Below, in pieces: positions 1 to 11,384 of a DNA stretch of 63,788 nucleotides. Numbering within the stretch: position 1 is the first letter of the stretch; each line of letters begins with the position of its first letter. The notes under the pieces are model-generated. The model was not told where the DNA came from. It was given only the letters and a program-made list of their open reading frames with translations, and ran no database searches. The stretch is from Vitrella brassicaformis CCMP3155 (Eukaryota; Protista; Chromerida), in assembly GCA_001179505.1 (NCBI GenBank), contig CDMY01000209.1:62001-125788 (forward strand). The letters are read 5' to 3'. The translations under genes and the position numbers were made by a program.

Positions 1-380
1 CAAGCTGCAGGTCTATGACAACCGCGTATATGCAACAAGAGACGTCAAGACAGGTAAAGCGAGAAAATGAGAAATGCAAGACGGACGACCGCATGCAATG
101 TGCTTTTCCTGCGTGCCTTTCAGTCGGCTACAACGGCTATGCGAGAATGTACCTCAACAAGGACGGCACCATGAAGCTGCAGTACTTCTCTGTCAAGCTG
201 GATCCATCGACAGGCCAGCTCGACCCACAGGAAGGCGATCTGCTGATGGAAGACACCTGGACGGTCGACCAGCGGGGCAATGTGGTGCTCAAGGACATGC
301 AGATCATCAACAGCGACCTCACTGTGGTGTCGCACCACGGGATGGACGCAGATGAGGACCCCGATTTGGTGCTGTATTAA
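1..380 (+). CDS. 3' end of a gene that begins upstream of the window; possibly the C-terminus of a metallophosphoesterase-type protein
   Basis: Exons 1-53 and 124-380 join through a GT..AG intron in frame (KLQVYDNRVYATRDVKT|VGYNGYARMYLNKDGTMKLQYFSV...DPDLVLY*). The family guess is weak. Confidence 0.6.
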   Translation, partial: SCRSMTTAYMQQETSRQVKRENEKCKTDDRMQCAFPACLSVGYNGYARMYLNKDGTMKLQYFSVKLDPSTGQLDPQEGDLLMEDTWTVDQRGNVVLKDMQIINSDLTVVSHHGMDADEDPDLVLY

Positions 381-868
381 GGCTCTCAGAGCCGCGCTCT
401 CCTTTTTTTGACATCTTGTCTGTGTGGCTGAGTGCGCGTGATTGTGGCGGTGTTTTTGATCAGAGCCAGGAGGGTGTCAGTATGTGTTTTTGGGTAGCGC
501 TCGTGCGTGTGTGTCTGTGCACATCTATGCGTTGCCGTGATGGCACCACTTTTTGACTGCCTGCTGTGTGCGCTCCCCGCGCGTGTTTGTGTGAGCGAGT
601 AGTGTAATGAATGAATGTATGAATGAATGTGTTTCTATTGATTGATAGTTGGGGTAGTGAGGGGACGACAGGTGGATGGGGCGTCGCACGATACATGAGT
701 TCACGACTCTCACTCTACAGCGCCCGATCGAGTTGAGACGCCTGAGACGATCGAAGAAAAGACGCATTTCACGCATCACTTTTGTACGCATCAGTTTTGT
801 ACGTTATCGTTGCTTATTGTCGAGATCACCAGCGGCCAGAGGACATACCCCACGTCGAAATCTATCGA

Positions 869-2480
869 ATGGCATCCGTCGCCAACGGCCCCCACTCAGA
901 CGCAGCGGCAGACGAAGCCGCTGTGGCCGTGAAGGGCGATGTGACCGACAAGGCCGTCACGAACGGCGTCAAGAGGGGGCGGGCTGGTGAGGAGGAGGCC
1001 GGGGAGGAAGAGGCAGCCCCTCAGGCTGGTGCCGTTGTCGGTGGGGTTGGCAAAAGGATATCTCCGCGGTTCATTCTCAACGACCCCTCCACTGAGGTCT
1101 TCTCTGTCCGCTTTTCGCCCGATGGTAAGCCCAAAATCAAGATGAATCTGTGGACGCATATCTCTTGTTGAATCTCCCGTCTCCCTGCCGACTTCCTGTG
1201 TTTTGCTCCTAGATTCGCTGGTGGCAGCGTCCCTGGGGAATGGCCATATCAAGGTGTACTCGACGGCCACTGGGGAGCTGACTTCCCTCCTCACCACCCC
1301 CACACCTGGCGAGACAGGGACAGCTCTTCCCGGCGGCCGTCTCGTGCGGCTTAACAGTGGCATTGCCGTCCCTGCTGGGCCCGGCACACCCATCACCAAC
1401 ATCCGCTGGAGGCCGGACACTTCTGCTGCTGCTGTCAGGAACGTAAGACAGAGAGAAAATCGATCAACACATACAACGGCCCAGAGACATACATTGATTG
1501 GTTGGCTGAGTGCCTCTAGGTGTTGGTTTCGGTCGATGTGGAGGGCCGCATCATCCACTGGCACGCCACCAAAGGCGCCGACAAGAAGCTGCATGAGTTG
1601 CGGGAGGAGGACAACCAGCTCTACTGCATCGACTTCAGCACCGACGGCCTGATGTTCGCCACGGGGGGCAGGCAGCGATACATCACTGTCTACGACGAGA
1701 CCACCAAAGACGTCAGTGTCATGCTCAGAGGTGACAGGCAGTGACATCCGTCGGTCGATGCGCATCTACTTGTCCCTCTGGGCAGGCACCGAGTCCAGCA
1801 TGCACCCGGGCCATTCCAACCGTGTGTTTTCCATCCGCTTTCACCCCACCGAGCCCATTGTCGTGAGCGGGGGATGGGACCACACTGTGCAGCTGTGGGA
1901 CATGCGGACCGGACACGCTGAACACTCACTCTACGGCCCCTTTGTGTGTGGAGACGCCGTCGACCTATCAGGTAGACACCAACCGGATGCATGTAACCAA
2001 ATGGCCATGCCATTTCTGCACAGCTGACGGGACGACCATCCTGACGGGCTCATGGCGGAGTGAGAAGCAGCTGCAGCTGTGGGATCTGCGCACCCGGAAG
2101 CTGCTGGAAGACATCGAGTGGCACTCGCCCGCATCCCTCACCGACCAGTGCCTCATCTACGCGGCCGAGTTCTCGAAGGACACTGGCTCGTCGCTCATCG
2201 CTGCGGGCGGCAGCGGGGCCAACGAAGCCAAGATTTTCGACAGAGAAAGCGGCAACGTACGTCGGGCCGCTCATCCCTATGCAAACAGAGAGCAGAGAGA
2301 GACACATGGCTTTGTTCTTTCATGTGTGTGCAGGCGTGCATTGGGACGATCACGGGCCTGTCCAAGGGATGTTACAGCGTGGATTTCTCGTGTGGCCCGT
2401 CAGTGAAAGGTGCGGCGGGCATGGTTGCTGTGGCGGGGGGAGACGGGTCACTCAGGCTCATCAACATACACAAAACATGA
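869..2480 (+). CDS. WD40-repeat beta-propeller protein, multi-exon
   Basis: Spliced ORFs give typical WD repeats: EVFSVRFSPDG, GHSNRVFSIRFHPTEPIVVSGGWDHTVQLWD, ILTGSWRSEKQLQLWD, VAVAGGDGSLRLI*. Confidence 0.9.
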
Positions 2481-3033
2481 TCAACATGGCACATGAACGG
2501 ATGGATAAGAGGCATAGATGGCCCACTGGACGGGTGGATCGATAATCGGTATTTTTCCGTTGCAACAGAACTCTCACACGCCTCGACACGGTTTAGCAAG
2601 AACCAATCGCAGACTAGCGTTAAAGATTCATTGGCACCTTTAACTTATGAAAGTCAATGTTCTCATAGGGAGAGCTGTCTCACCATTCCATCTTCTCACA
2701 GATGCACCACTGTCTTGGTTGGCTGAGCCAGCTGCATGCCGTGGCATCTCTCTCCCTCAAGAAGAGAAACAGCACTAGCTACGTGCAACAACATTTCGGC
2801 TCTGACGGACTCATGATCAGCTCGGCAACAAACGCTGCTGCTGTCGGACGCTCATGAACACATGCATTGCACGCATTCCCGCGTACGCCACGCTGATGGA
2901 AAACTGTCTGCCTCCCCGTGGCTGGCTCACGTCACTCGTTGCCCTAGAAAACTCCCACACAAGTGCGGCAAAATCTGTCCATCGTCAGAAACAGGACACG
3001 CACCGCGCCTCTCGCTGGCTCCACCGGGAAGCC

Positions 3034-4268
3034 TCAGAATGCCATCTTTGTGTAGAGGGCCACATCGGTCTTCTTCGAGAGCACCTCGATGTAGGCCTTC
3101 ACGTTTGGCGGAAACTCCAGCCCCTTGACAATTGACAGGTTCCGCAGGCGCGGGAACATGTCAATGTCGTCATACGAGATGCCGCCCTCCGAGATATACC
3201 TGCAGCCACAGACACCCACACCCACATCCATTCACGTCGATGTATTGCGGATTGGTGTGCGCATTCAGTACCCTTCCTGTGGGTTGGCGATCATCCCATC
3301 GAGCTTCTTGAGGCCCTCAGACAGCGCGGCGATCCACTCAGCCGACCGCTCGTAGTTCTCCTCATACGACGAGGGGTTCTCCAGTGGGTGGCGGGCTATG
3401 TAGGTCCGACGCGCAGAGTCAAACGCAAACTCGGGCAGATTCGCGCTCCACGCGAATCGCGGTCGTGAGAGCCGCCTTGACGGCTCTGCGATGCTGTCCA
3501 GCCTGCCAGAAAAAAATGATGGACAAGTGTGCCAAAGGGTGGCTGGCTGAGGGCTTCTCACCATTCCTTGAGGTCACTTCGGCCGCTGAATGGTTTCAGC
3601 AATGGCAATCCAGCACCGATCTCTTCGCTCTCGTCGATGTACTTGACGATGTCGAGGCTCTCGGGCATGATGAGCCCCTCGCCCGGCCGCCGGCCCCTCA
3701 CCTCCAGAATGGGAGCCATCTTTTTGCCTATCAGGTGGGTGGGAGTCTCGATGTCGTCATTGGCCATGTAGACGAGATCGTGTTTGATGTTCTTGAGGCC
3801 GAAGATCATCCGCGCTCGGACACAGAAGGGGCAGTGGTCGTAGACGTACAGCCGTGGGAGGTGGAGGTACTTCTCGCCGCCCTTGACTCGAGGGTCGATG
3901 CGGCTGTCCTCGACAACCGGTGCAGGAATGGGCTTGGAAACCGTCCACTCGCCATCGGCAGCCACGCCGCCACGCTGCTGTGTTGCTGTTGCAGTCTGCT
4001 GCATCGCCAGAGGATGATACCGGCGATGCGGTCCGTGCCCCTGCATGAAAGAAAAGCAGTTGAAGGCGCATCAAAGGTGCGTACAAATGAGTGCAGCGCG
4101 TCTGTATGTGCCTCGTGTCTTTGTGCGCACCTGTCTTCTCGTTCGGTGCCGCACAAGCGCTGACGAGTGGGTGGCCTTGAAGCCTTCTGATGCGACGAGA
4201 GCCTCAGCGAGCAGCAGCAAGACTATGAGGATGCCAGACGCCGCACCTGCTGTCCTCAAATAAGCCAT
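3034..4268 (-). CDS. grxB: Glutaredoxin 2 (GrxB type) with a signal peptide and transit-like leader
   Basis: LYVYDHCPFCVRARMIFGLK...NDDIETPTHLIGKKMAPIL matches the GrxB N-domain (CPxC). The C-terminal exons (LSYDDIDMFPRLRNLSIVKGLEFPPNVKAYI) match the GrxB helical domain. The leader is MAYLRTAGAASGILIVLLLLAEALVASEG-FKATH. Confidence 0.92.
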
Positions 4269-4296
4269 TTGAGGCCTTGCTTCAAGTCTCCCCACA

Positions 4297-4308
4297 GCTA
4301 AGCTCGCA
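4297..4308. promoter_or_regulatory. GCTAAGCTCGCA motif in the grxB / methyltransferase bidirectional promoter
   Basis: Lies in the 66 bp between divergent ATGs at 4268 and 4335. The same 12-mer occurs at 23223-23234 and the core recurs at 28177-28215 and 55218-55247. Confidence 0.55.
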
Positions 4309-4334
4309 GATCTGGGAGCTTGTGAGAGGAGGCG

Positions 4335-6024
4335 ATGGCCTGCGCAGCAGAGCTTTGGGCCGGCGCGAACATGTTGTCATGTCTTCTGCCCGCCGTATTC
4401 ATCCATTCATCTTGGTCGAGCAAGATGCCATCCTTCTTGCCGCACCGGTCGGTCACAGCCACTGGCAGACACCGCAAAGTGCCACCAATCAGGCGACCAA
4501 GACGGCGGAGGACCCTGCGTGCAGCCGACTCATCGACTCCGGCGGACAATGAGTCATTGCCAGTGCGGCAGATCCCCAGGGTGAGGAGCAGCCGTCCGCC
4601 TCCCTTGGTGTCAGCACCCTCCTGGACCACACGAGAAAGGGCATCACGAATCGCCAAAGACCTTCTCAAAGGTACGTAAGACATTCATCATCATCATCAT
4701 GCCACCTCCCTTGTATTTGTTCGTCCGTGCTTTGTGTTGTTCTAGCTGGTGGTCGATGGCTGCGGCCTGACGAGCAGGAGAGCCTTTATCGCGCTGTGCT
4801 GGTTGACGTGACGGTGAGCGCCTGGCACCAGATGCACCGCAGCTACCGCCTGGAGGACGTCTTTGCCGAGTGGCGGGTAAGAGGTAAGGCGGCATCGTGG
4901 TTGCTTGTCCCCTTATCTGGCCATGCCGACGACGGCTGCCTGTCCGTTTGTGTGCGCAGGAGCGTCAGCTTGACTTTGCCGATCGTGACGCGCTGATATG
5001 TGCCGAGAGGGATGGTGAGTCTGAGGCCTTCTCTGACCTCGCCCAGCAAGCTTCACGGTGGAACCCTGCTTACGCGATATTTCACAGGTGGACAGATGGT
5101 CGGCAAAAATGGGCCAAAGGGGCACCTGTAGATGTTCCGTTCGTTTGTGTTTTCTTAGAGCGCTGCAGCACCCCGAATTGGGCGACTACGAGGCTTTTCG
5201 TCGGTGGTTCATCCGCGTCTTTTCGTTCGCCATCCCCACCCCCAGCAGCGTGGCAGAGCTGCTCGACGCCTTCCCGCCAGACCAGTACAAATTCGCTGAC
5301 ATCGGTCAGGGGAGATCACACACAAAAGTCACCATGTGTTGCCCAATCCATTCATTGATTGTTGTGTGCAGGTGGCGGGAGCGGCTATTGGAAGAGGCTG
5401 CTGAGGGCTTCTGGGTGCGACGTTCTGGCCTGTGACAGTCAGGTACGCGACACTGACCTGTGTTTCGGCCGCTGGGACGAGGTGGTCGAGGCGAACGGCG
5501 ACGACTTCGTGAGGGACAACGAAGGGCTGGCGGACCGTGTGCTCCTCTACTGCTGGTCCACCAACCTCCCTGGCATTGACCACTACCAGGGAGACAGCGT
5601 GGTTGTAATCGGTGAAGACGAGGGAGGTCAGCTGAACAGAAACAAGCACAAGTAGCAGCTCTCATCTATGACGGTGTTGTTGGTCTCTTCGCCTGCCTGC
5701 CTGTCTGCAGGCTGCACGGGCAATTTGCTGCATGCTGGCGCGAGTGAGTGGCTGCTGCAGAAGACCATCCCCCTGCACCAGTGGCCCGGCAATCACGACG
5801 CTATCTGGATCTTCCAGCGGGGCCGGGCCGGGTTCCCTTACGAGATAAGGCAGGAGGCCATCATTGAGGAGAAGATGACCACGCTGAGCGAGAGCGACCC
5901 GACAGCATTTTACCTGAGGAGTGCCGTCAAGTACAACGGCGCACAGGGGGTGGAGATTGAGGAGGATAGTGGAGCGGACGAAGAGGTAGAGACCGAGACA
6001 GATGATAGTGTGTCGTCGACATAG
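4335..6024 (+). CDS. Putative class I SAM-dependent methyltransferase with an N-terminal targeting-like extension; start codon uncertain
   Basis: Spliced product contains FSFAIPTPSSVAELLDAFPP..KFADIG|xGGSGYWKRLLRASGCDVLACD..RVLLYCW..GDSVVVIGEDEGG|CTG (glycine-rich motif I plus acidic motif II). The first exons join in phase (LLK|AGGRWLRP). Confidence 0.7.
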
Positions 6025-6693
6025 ACAGCTTCGACAGGTGACGAGTTAATGTCTGCGTGTCTCCGCGATGTGTGTCGGAGTCGATTGACTTGTTGTCACA
6101 TCCATACATGGGATGTCTGTCGGTGAATGAATGACATCAATTGTCGTGGTCTGTCATCATCGCGCACACGCAAAAGTCATACATGTCGACACACAACACA
6201 AATGCACACGCTCACACCCCCACACACCCTACACAGCCCCCTCCGGTGATAGCACACGTCTGCTCACATGCAGGAATGTGAGCGGCTGGGTGAGTAAACA
6301 CGCGAAAACATCCCTTATCCTGCCTGCTTGCCTGTCTGCCTCCCCTCGCCCCGCCCTCTCTACTGCCCCACCGCGCCATCCAGAGAGATATACCATTCCA
6401 ATGGCAGACAGACAGGTAGGAAGCACAAGCAATCGATCAAAGAGCACCAGCCATTCCCCCCAGCCTCCCCCGCCCTCATCTTTGTGTGTGCCTCTCTCGT
6501 GTAAGGCGCAGCGGTCTCCATGTGACGCGCTTGATGCCTCGTCACACCCAGCTCCACCACACGTCAATCAAACACAGCCACGTCCAACCACCCCACACCC
6601 CTCACGTCACAACACACCACACACACAGCCCAGCACTACTGCTCCGTTGCATCATCACCATTCCCGCTGTCCGCTGCTGTGGGCTGGTGTGGG

Positions 6694-8280
6694 TTATTGG
6701 GTCGCTGCTGGTGCTGCTGGTGCTGGTGTGGGCTGCTGCAACGCGGCCCCCAGCTGCTGCCATGTGAACTGGCAGTCGGCATCGCCCAGATGGGCGTTGA
6801 AGCCCTTGACCACCGCCCCATCCGCCAGCCCCCACTTGGCCGCCTCGTCCAGCCTGGCCCGATGCACCACCTCACGCAGGCCCACGTGACCATGCGTGTG
6901 CACCACCTCGGGCGGACGGCTGTCGACACCCTCCAGCACGAAGCACTGCAGCTGCGGCACACGCACCACCTGGCCGCCCACATCGGCCGTCCCGCCCACC
7001 ACCTCCCTGTTGCTGCTGGCCTGGTACACTGCCGACTTGACGAAGCGCACCGCTGCCGCACACACACGGCGGGCCAATTCCGTCTGCCGCACAGACTCGC
7101 CGATGGCCTCTGTGGTGGCCGATGCCGCTGCGTCCGCGTCAAAGAGGTATGACGCGATGCGCCAGCCGAAGATGGGGGCCTCTTGCGGGCCGACGGCCAG
7201 CCGGGGGGTCAGGAGGGCCGCGAGTGAGCGGTGGGGGCTGAGGGCGGCGTTGACGGCCGCCATGACGCAGAGACCCAGCTCGTTGAGCACCGTGGTGTAC
7301 TCGGTCAGCACCAGCTGGCGGCGACGGCGGCGCCCCTCTGTGTCTGTGGGGATGCTGCTGATGTCGGCCCCGGCCCGCAGCAGGCTGCGGATGATCCGCT
7401 TGTAGTTGTCCATCTCGGCGCGAATCTTATTCCTGTTGGTCTTGGTTGTGTCCGGGTCCTGAAGCAGTTGAGTGCGGAGATCGACCACTACAGCAGCCCG
7501 GGCCAGGGGCGTGCTGCTGTAGTGGTCCCGTCTGTTGATGTCGGCAGCTGGCAGCTTGCGGCCGAGGTAGTCGGCCACGTAGGGAGAGCCATTCAGTGCC
7601 GCGCTCTGCAGCGGCGTCCATCCACCGCCGTCGGCTGCCGTCATGTCGGCCCCGTTGGCCGTGACGAGGTCCAGGTAGCTGTCGATGAACGACTGGGGGT
7701 AGTGGCCGCGTGCCTTCATGGCTGCCATGTGCACCAGGTTGACGCCGTGGTCTCGTTGGGTGGCGAGGGTGCGGTCTCGTCGGACGAGTCGCCGATACAT
7801 CGACATGAGCACCTGCAGATACTCGGTGGGAGGCAAGAGAGAACAAAGAGGCAAGAGAGAACAAACAACGTTATGTGCATCCATCGCATGGACCACTGTT
7901 GGTGTTGATGAGTGCCTCACCGGTTCGTACTCATTCGCCGCCTGCGGACCCTCCTCACCGTCGGCCGTCTCGTGAGCCATTCCTGAACACCGCCACATAA
8001 ATCGACCAAGCAGGTCTGAGTGTGCTTCTTGTGTGTGTGTGGAACGGTCTGTGTGGCATGGCTTGTAACTCACCCCTATCGACGCCGTCGAGATCTAGTT
8101 GCTCCGCCTGCCCACTGCCACTATGCTCCTCCTCAGCTACATCGTCTGCACACACCATCGAAGGCACGCACACACATACACAATTGCGAGGATGGTGTGT
8201 GTGTTTGATGTGTCAGATTCATTTGTGTGTGGCATACCCGCGTTGCCACCGTCACTGTCCGCCATGGCAGCGGAGGCCAT
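6694..8280 (-). CDS. Ankyrin-repeat protein, 4 exons, with an uncharacterised C-terminal domain
   Basis: Exons 8280-8237, ~8145-8076, ~8015-7921 and 7812-6694 join in phase. Ankyrin motifs: VNLVHMAAMK, GWTPLQSAALNG, STPLARAA, LLRAGAD. Confidence 0.85.
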
Positions 8281-8757
8281 CTGGGTATCGTCACTCAAAC
8301 ACCAACAGCTGCACCGACCCCACACAGAGAGGCAACAAGAGATGGGCAGACACCTGCTGCATGTGTCGTGTGTGTGCTCGCCCACCTAACTATGAGTCAA
8401 GTGGTAGAAAGGCCAATCAGTCCGCCCCGTCAATAAGGCCGACCTGCACAACACCACACCGGCATCCAAAGGCGCAAGCCACATTGTGACTCGTGCTGAG
8501 CCAATCGCATTGCACTCACCGCCGGATGAGAGCTGCTAAGCCGCGCGATTATCAATTCGCTCGTCAGGCAGGCCAGCAGATCTGTCTCCACTGCCGCCAG
8601 ACGAGAAACGTCTTAAGAATGATGGATGGAGTGGATGGAGGGACTCGTCCACTTCTCTGTTTGTCACAGCGGCTCACGGAGGCCCTCTTAGCAGCGAAGC
8701 CCCATCGTAAAAAAGCCGTCCGCCTGTTCGTGTTAGAGCAGACGATGAAAAACCAAT

Positions 8758-8806
8758 CTGCGCTCTCGGGGGTGAAATAAGAGGAAGTGACGGGTAGAAA
8801 TGTTCT
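8758..8806 (-). repeat. Stray copy of the upstream module found 5' of GATase-like paralogues A and C
   Basis: GGGTGAAATAAgAGGAAGTGACGGGTAGAAATGTT is nearly identical to 10224-10258 and similar to 24599-24640. Confidence 0.75.
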
Positions 8807-9164
8807 CATCGATGGCCATGGACGACGTACTTATGGGTGTAGACAAATATGTACGTACGCACATAGCAGGCTGAGGAAGGCCTCACTGAACACATGGCAC
8901 GACTCGGCATAGCTGCATACACTACATGTGATGCTCCCCTGACGGCGTGGCGATGCTCGTGGCTGCATCTCTGACACGCGCAGCTGCCTGCCTGCCTGCT
9001 TACCGATCGACTGGCCAGCATCATCCTTCTCTGCAGGAACGTCCCCTCGACGTAGACAAATACGTAGAGGGCATACACACATGGCCACTCAAGCTACAGA
9101 AAAACATGCCTATGATCTCTTCTCTGTAGACGGTACTCCTGTCCCACCGACCGGTCAGCAGTCA

Positions 9165-9268
9165 GGAGAGCATCCAGGTTATCGCGGATCTGCTCAAGTT
9201 GGAGGGGTGGTCAGTCAGTGAGTCACCCCTCCAGATTGAGCAGCTGCGTGACGACCTGGATGCTCTCC
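9165..9268. repeat. Imperfect inverted repeat (45-bp arms, 14-nt loop) spanning the stop codon of paralogue A
   Basis: The reverse complement of 9165-9209 matches 9224-9268 at 38 of 45 positions. Confidence 0.9.
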
Positions 9269-10182
9269 TCCTCCGCGTTGACGTCCCCCACATAAATCAC
9301 TTTGCCCTTGCCCACCCTGGCGCACGCCACGCCCACCGGGCCCGGCTGTGCCGACTCATCAGTCGACACATACATCCGATGCGCCTCAGGGACGTCCCTG
9401 CACACAGTAGAGGGCACGCCATGACACACACCGAGTTGCAGCCGCTTGACAGTGTGTGTGTGAATGTGTGTGTGTGTGCGTACTTGAGTGAGCAGCATTT
9501 GTTGTTGATGGCTTGGAGGGAGCATGACTGCGGTGCGTGGCTGGTCTTGTGGAAGGTGGTGCGCCCGTACGCAGTGAATTTCCACGACAAGTCGCACCTG
9601 CACTCACGCACATACGGCAACACACACATGCGTCCGCAAACTGCGTGCAGGTGATGGACTGGTGTGTCTTATGTGTGTCTGACTTGCGCAGGAAGTCGTC
9701 AACGAACGGGACAGGTGCGCTCTGCGGCACCAGGACCGCCGTGGTGCCCTCGTCGGCCACTATCGTGTGCAGACACTTGACCACTCCATCCACCTGACGG
9801 CGGACCTACATGCACAGGCAGACAGACAGGCAGACCGAGACAGTCAGACGTGCGCATGGCACATCACGTGTACCGCCCACATTGGGATCCTCCAGATCAA
9901 GGCCGCAGAAAGGGTCGAACACCATCGCCAGAACAACAGCAGACGGCTTCCTCCCTGCACACACACCGCACCACATGCGCCTCTCTGTCTGTCTGTCTGC
10001 CTGTCTGCCTGTCTGTCTGTCTGTTCGGACCGCGGTGTGCGTGCGTACCCTGCTCTCCTCCTTCACGATGGTCCAGCCCGGGGCGACTTTCTCAGCACTC
10101 TTCGAGAAGAAGAAGCTGGGCGAGGAGTCGACAACGAGCACATCAGGAGTGCTCGAGGGAGTCGCGGTCTACGCCCTTCATG
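9223..10182 (-). CDS. Class I glutamine amidotransferase-like family protein, paralogue A; 5' end possibly frameshifted
   Basis: Spliced product ...FLRK|CDLSWKFTAYGRTTFHK...NKCCSLK|DVPEAHRMY...GVACARVGKGKVIYVGDVNAEEESIQVVTQLLNLEG*. From memory this resembles a fungal uncharacterised family (W..geY.RTtF ... vG.G.lgYvGDVNaE). Homologous to copies at 22134 and 23446. Confidence 0.7.
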
Positions 10183-10223
10183 GAGGAGAGCGATTTCACG
10201 GAATGTAGAGGCTGCGCGCTCGA

Positions 10224-10465
10224 GGGTGAAATAATAGGAAGTGACGGGTAGAAATGTTACATTCACAACTGATGTTCTTGCTGTGCGCTGCATGCGGTAT
10301 CCGGATGCTTTCCTGACATACTCACACACTCATTTGCAGAAATGTTGGATCTCTGCAACACTCTGCAAATGCCTCAAGAGATCCAACATTTCTGCAAATG
10401 AGGCAGCCAGTATGCCCGCACAAGCACCCCAGACACGCACACGTCAGTGAAGGAAACACCATCTC
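10224..10465. repeat. Duplicated upstream (promoter) region shared by paralogues A and C
   Basis: Colinear similarity with 24599-24820, including GCTGTGCGCTGCATGCGG, CAACACTCTGCAAATG and ATGCCCGCACAAGCACCCCAGACACGCAC. Confidence 0.85.
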
Positions 10466-11384
10466 TGCCTGGCTGGCTCCGTCAAGTAGGTCATGGGTGC
10501 AAACGGCACCCACGCATTCACTGCCGTAGTCCCTCTCTGACCAGCCAAGGGCCCCCCACCAAATGAGCTACGCACCTACCAGTTCAGCTACACACACAGC
10601 TGTCGAGCTACCGACCAGTACAGCCACCTAATCACAACACCAGAAATACGAACTTCGGGTAATGTGTGTGTGTATGGCTATGCGAAGCGCTGCACGCACA
10701 CAATGGAGAGAGTCAGCACATTGCAATGAAAGCACTACCAAAAATAGGTCACACACGCAATCCAGTCCAACCCGCACACACGGCATCCAACACATCGATG
10801 TCGCCATACACACACGCACACGCACACGCACACGCATTTGTAGAGAGTGTCCTTCTAGCGAATCCATTCCCAACCAACCAGCCAGCCCGCCTGATTATCC
10901 ACCGACACCCTCTTGATCTCGTTCCCCGCCCCTATCACACATCGACACCTGAGATTGCGCTGAGCCCAGCTGGCCAGAGAGTGAGTTGACCTCGGCGAGT
11001 GACGCCTGTCTGCCTGTCTGCCGACTGAAAACACACACCGGTCCACTTGGGACGGCGCGGGTGCCATGACAACCTGATGCATAGATAGAGCATGATTCAC
11101 TCACAGTGTAGCCATCGGGTGCAGTGTGTGTGTGTGCGTACCCTTCGCTCAACAAAGGGATGGGATGGACGCCATCACTCACCAACCAACCACCAAACGA
11201 GAAAACACAAAAGACACAACAAGCGACCGACAGCCATCCACACGCGACCACGACAACAAGAAATGAGTTTCCTCCCTCTCCCCTCCCCCATCCATGAGCC
11301 CCCTGAGCGCAAAACAAGACGGCGGTTTGGCAGAAAAACAACGGCGAGAAAAGGCGACGAGAACGGCGCATGACGACAGTGCCC

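Noticed and set aside
4298-4684. Minus-strand 128-aa ORF and similar shadow ORFs (6131-6889, 7231-7908, 14009-14962)
   Set aside because: They overlap well-supported genes on the other strand or frame. Open shadow frames are expected at this GC content.
9425-9445. LGVCHG as the class I GATase nucleophile elbow in paralogues A-C
   Set aside because: The segment lies in a GT..AG intron. Copy B has an 8-nt deletion there, and the spliced frame (CSLK|DVPEAH) skips it.
10895-11371. 158-aa minus-strand ORF with a hydrophobic start
   Set aside because: Composition is dominated by GT-rich simple sequence, with no consistent splice chain or recognisable motif.
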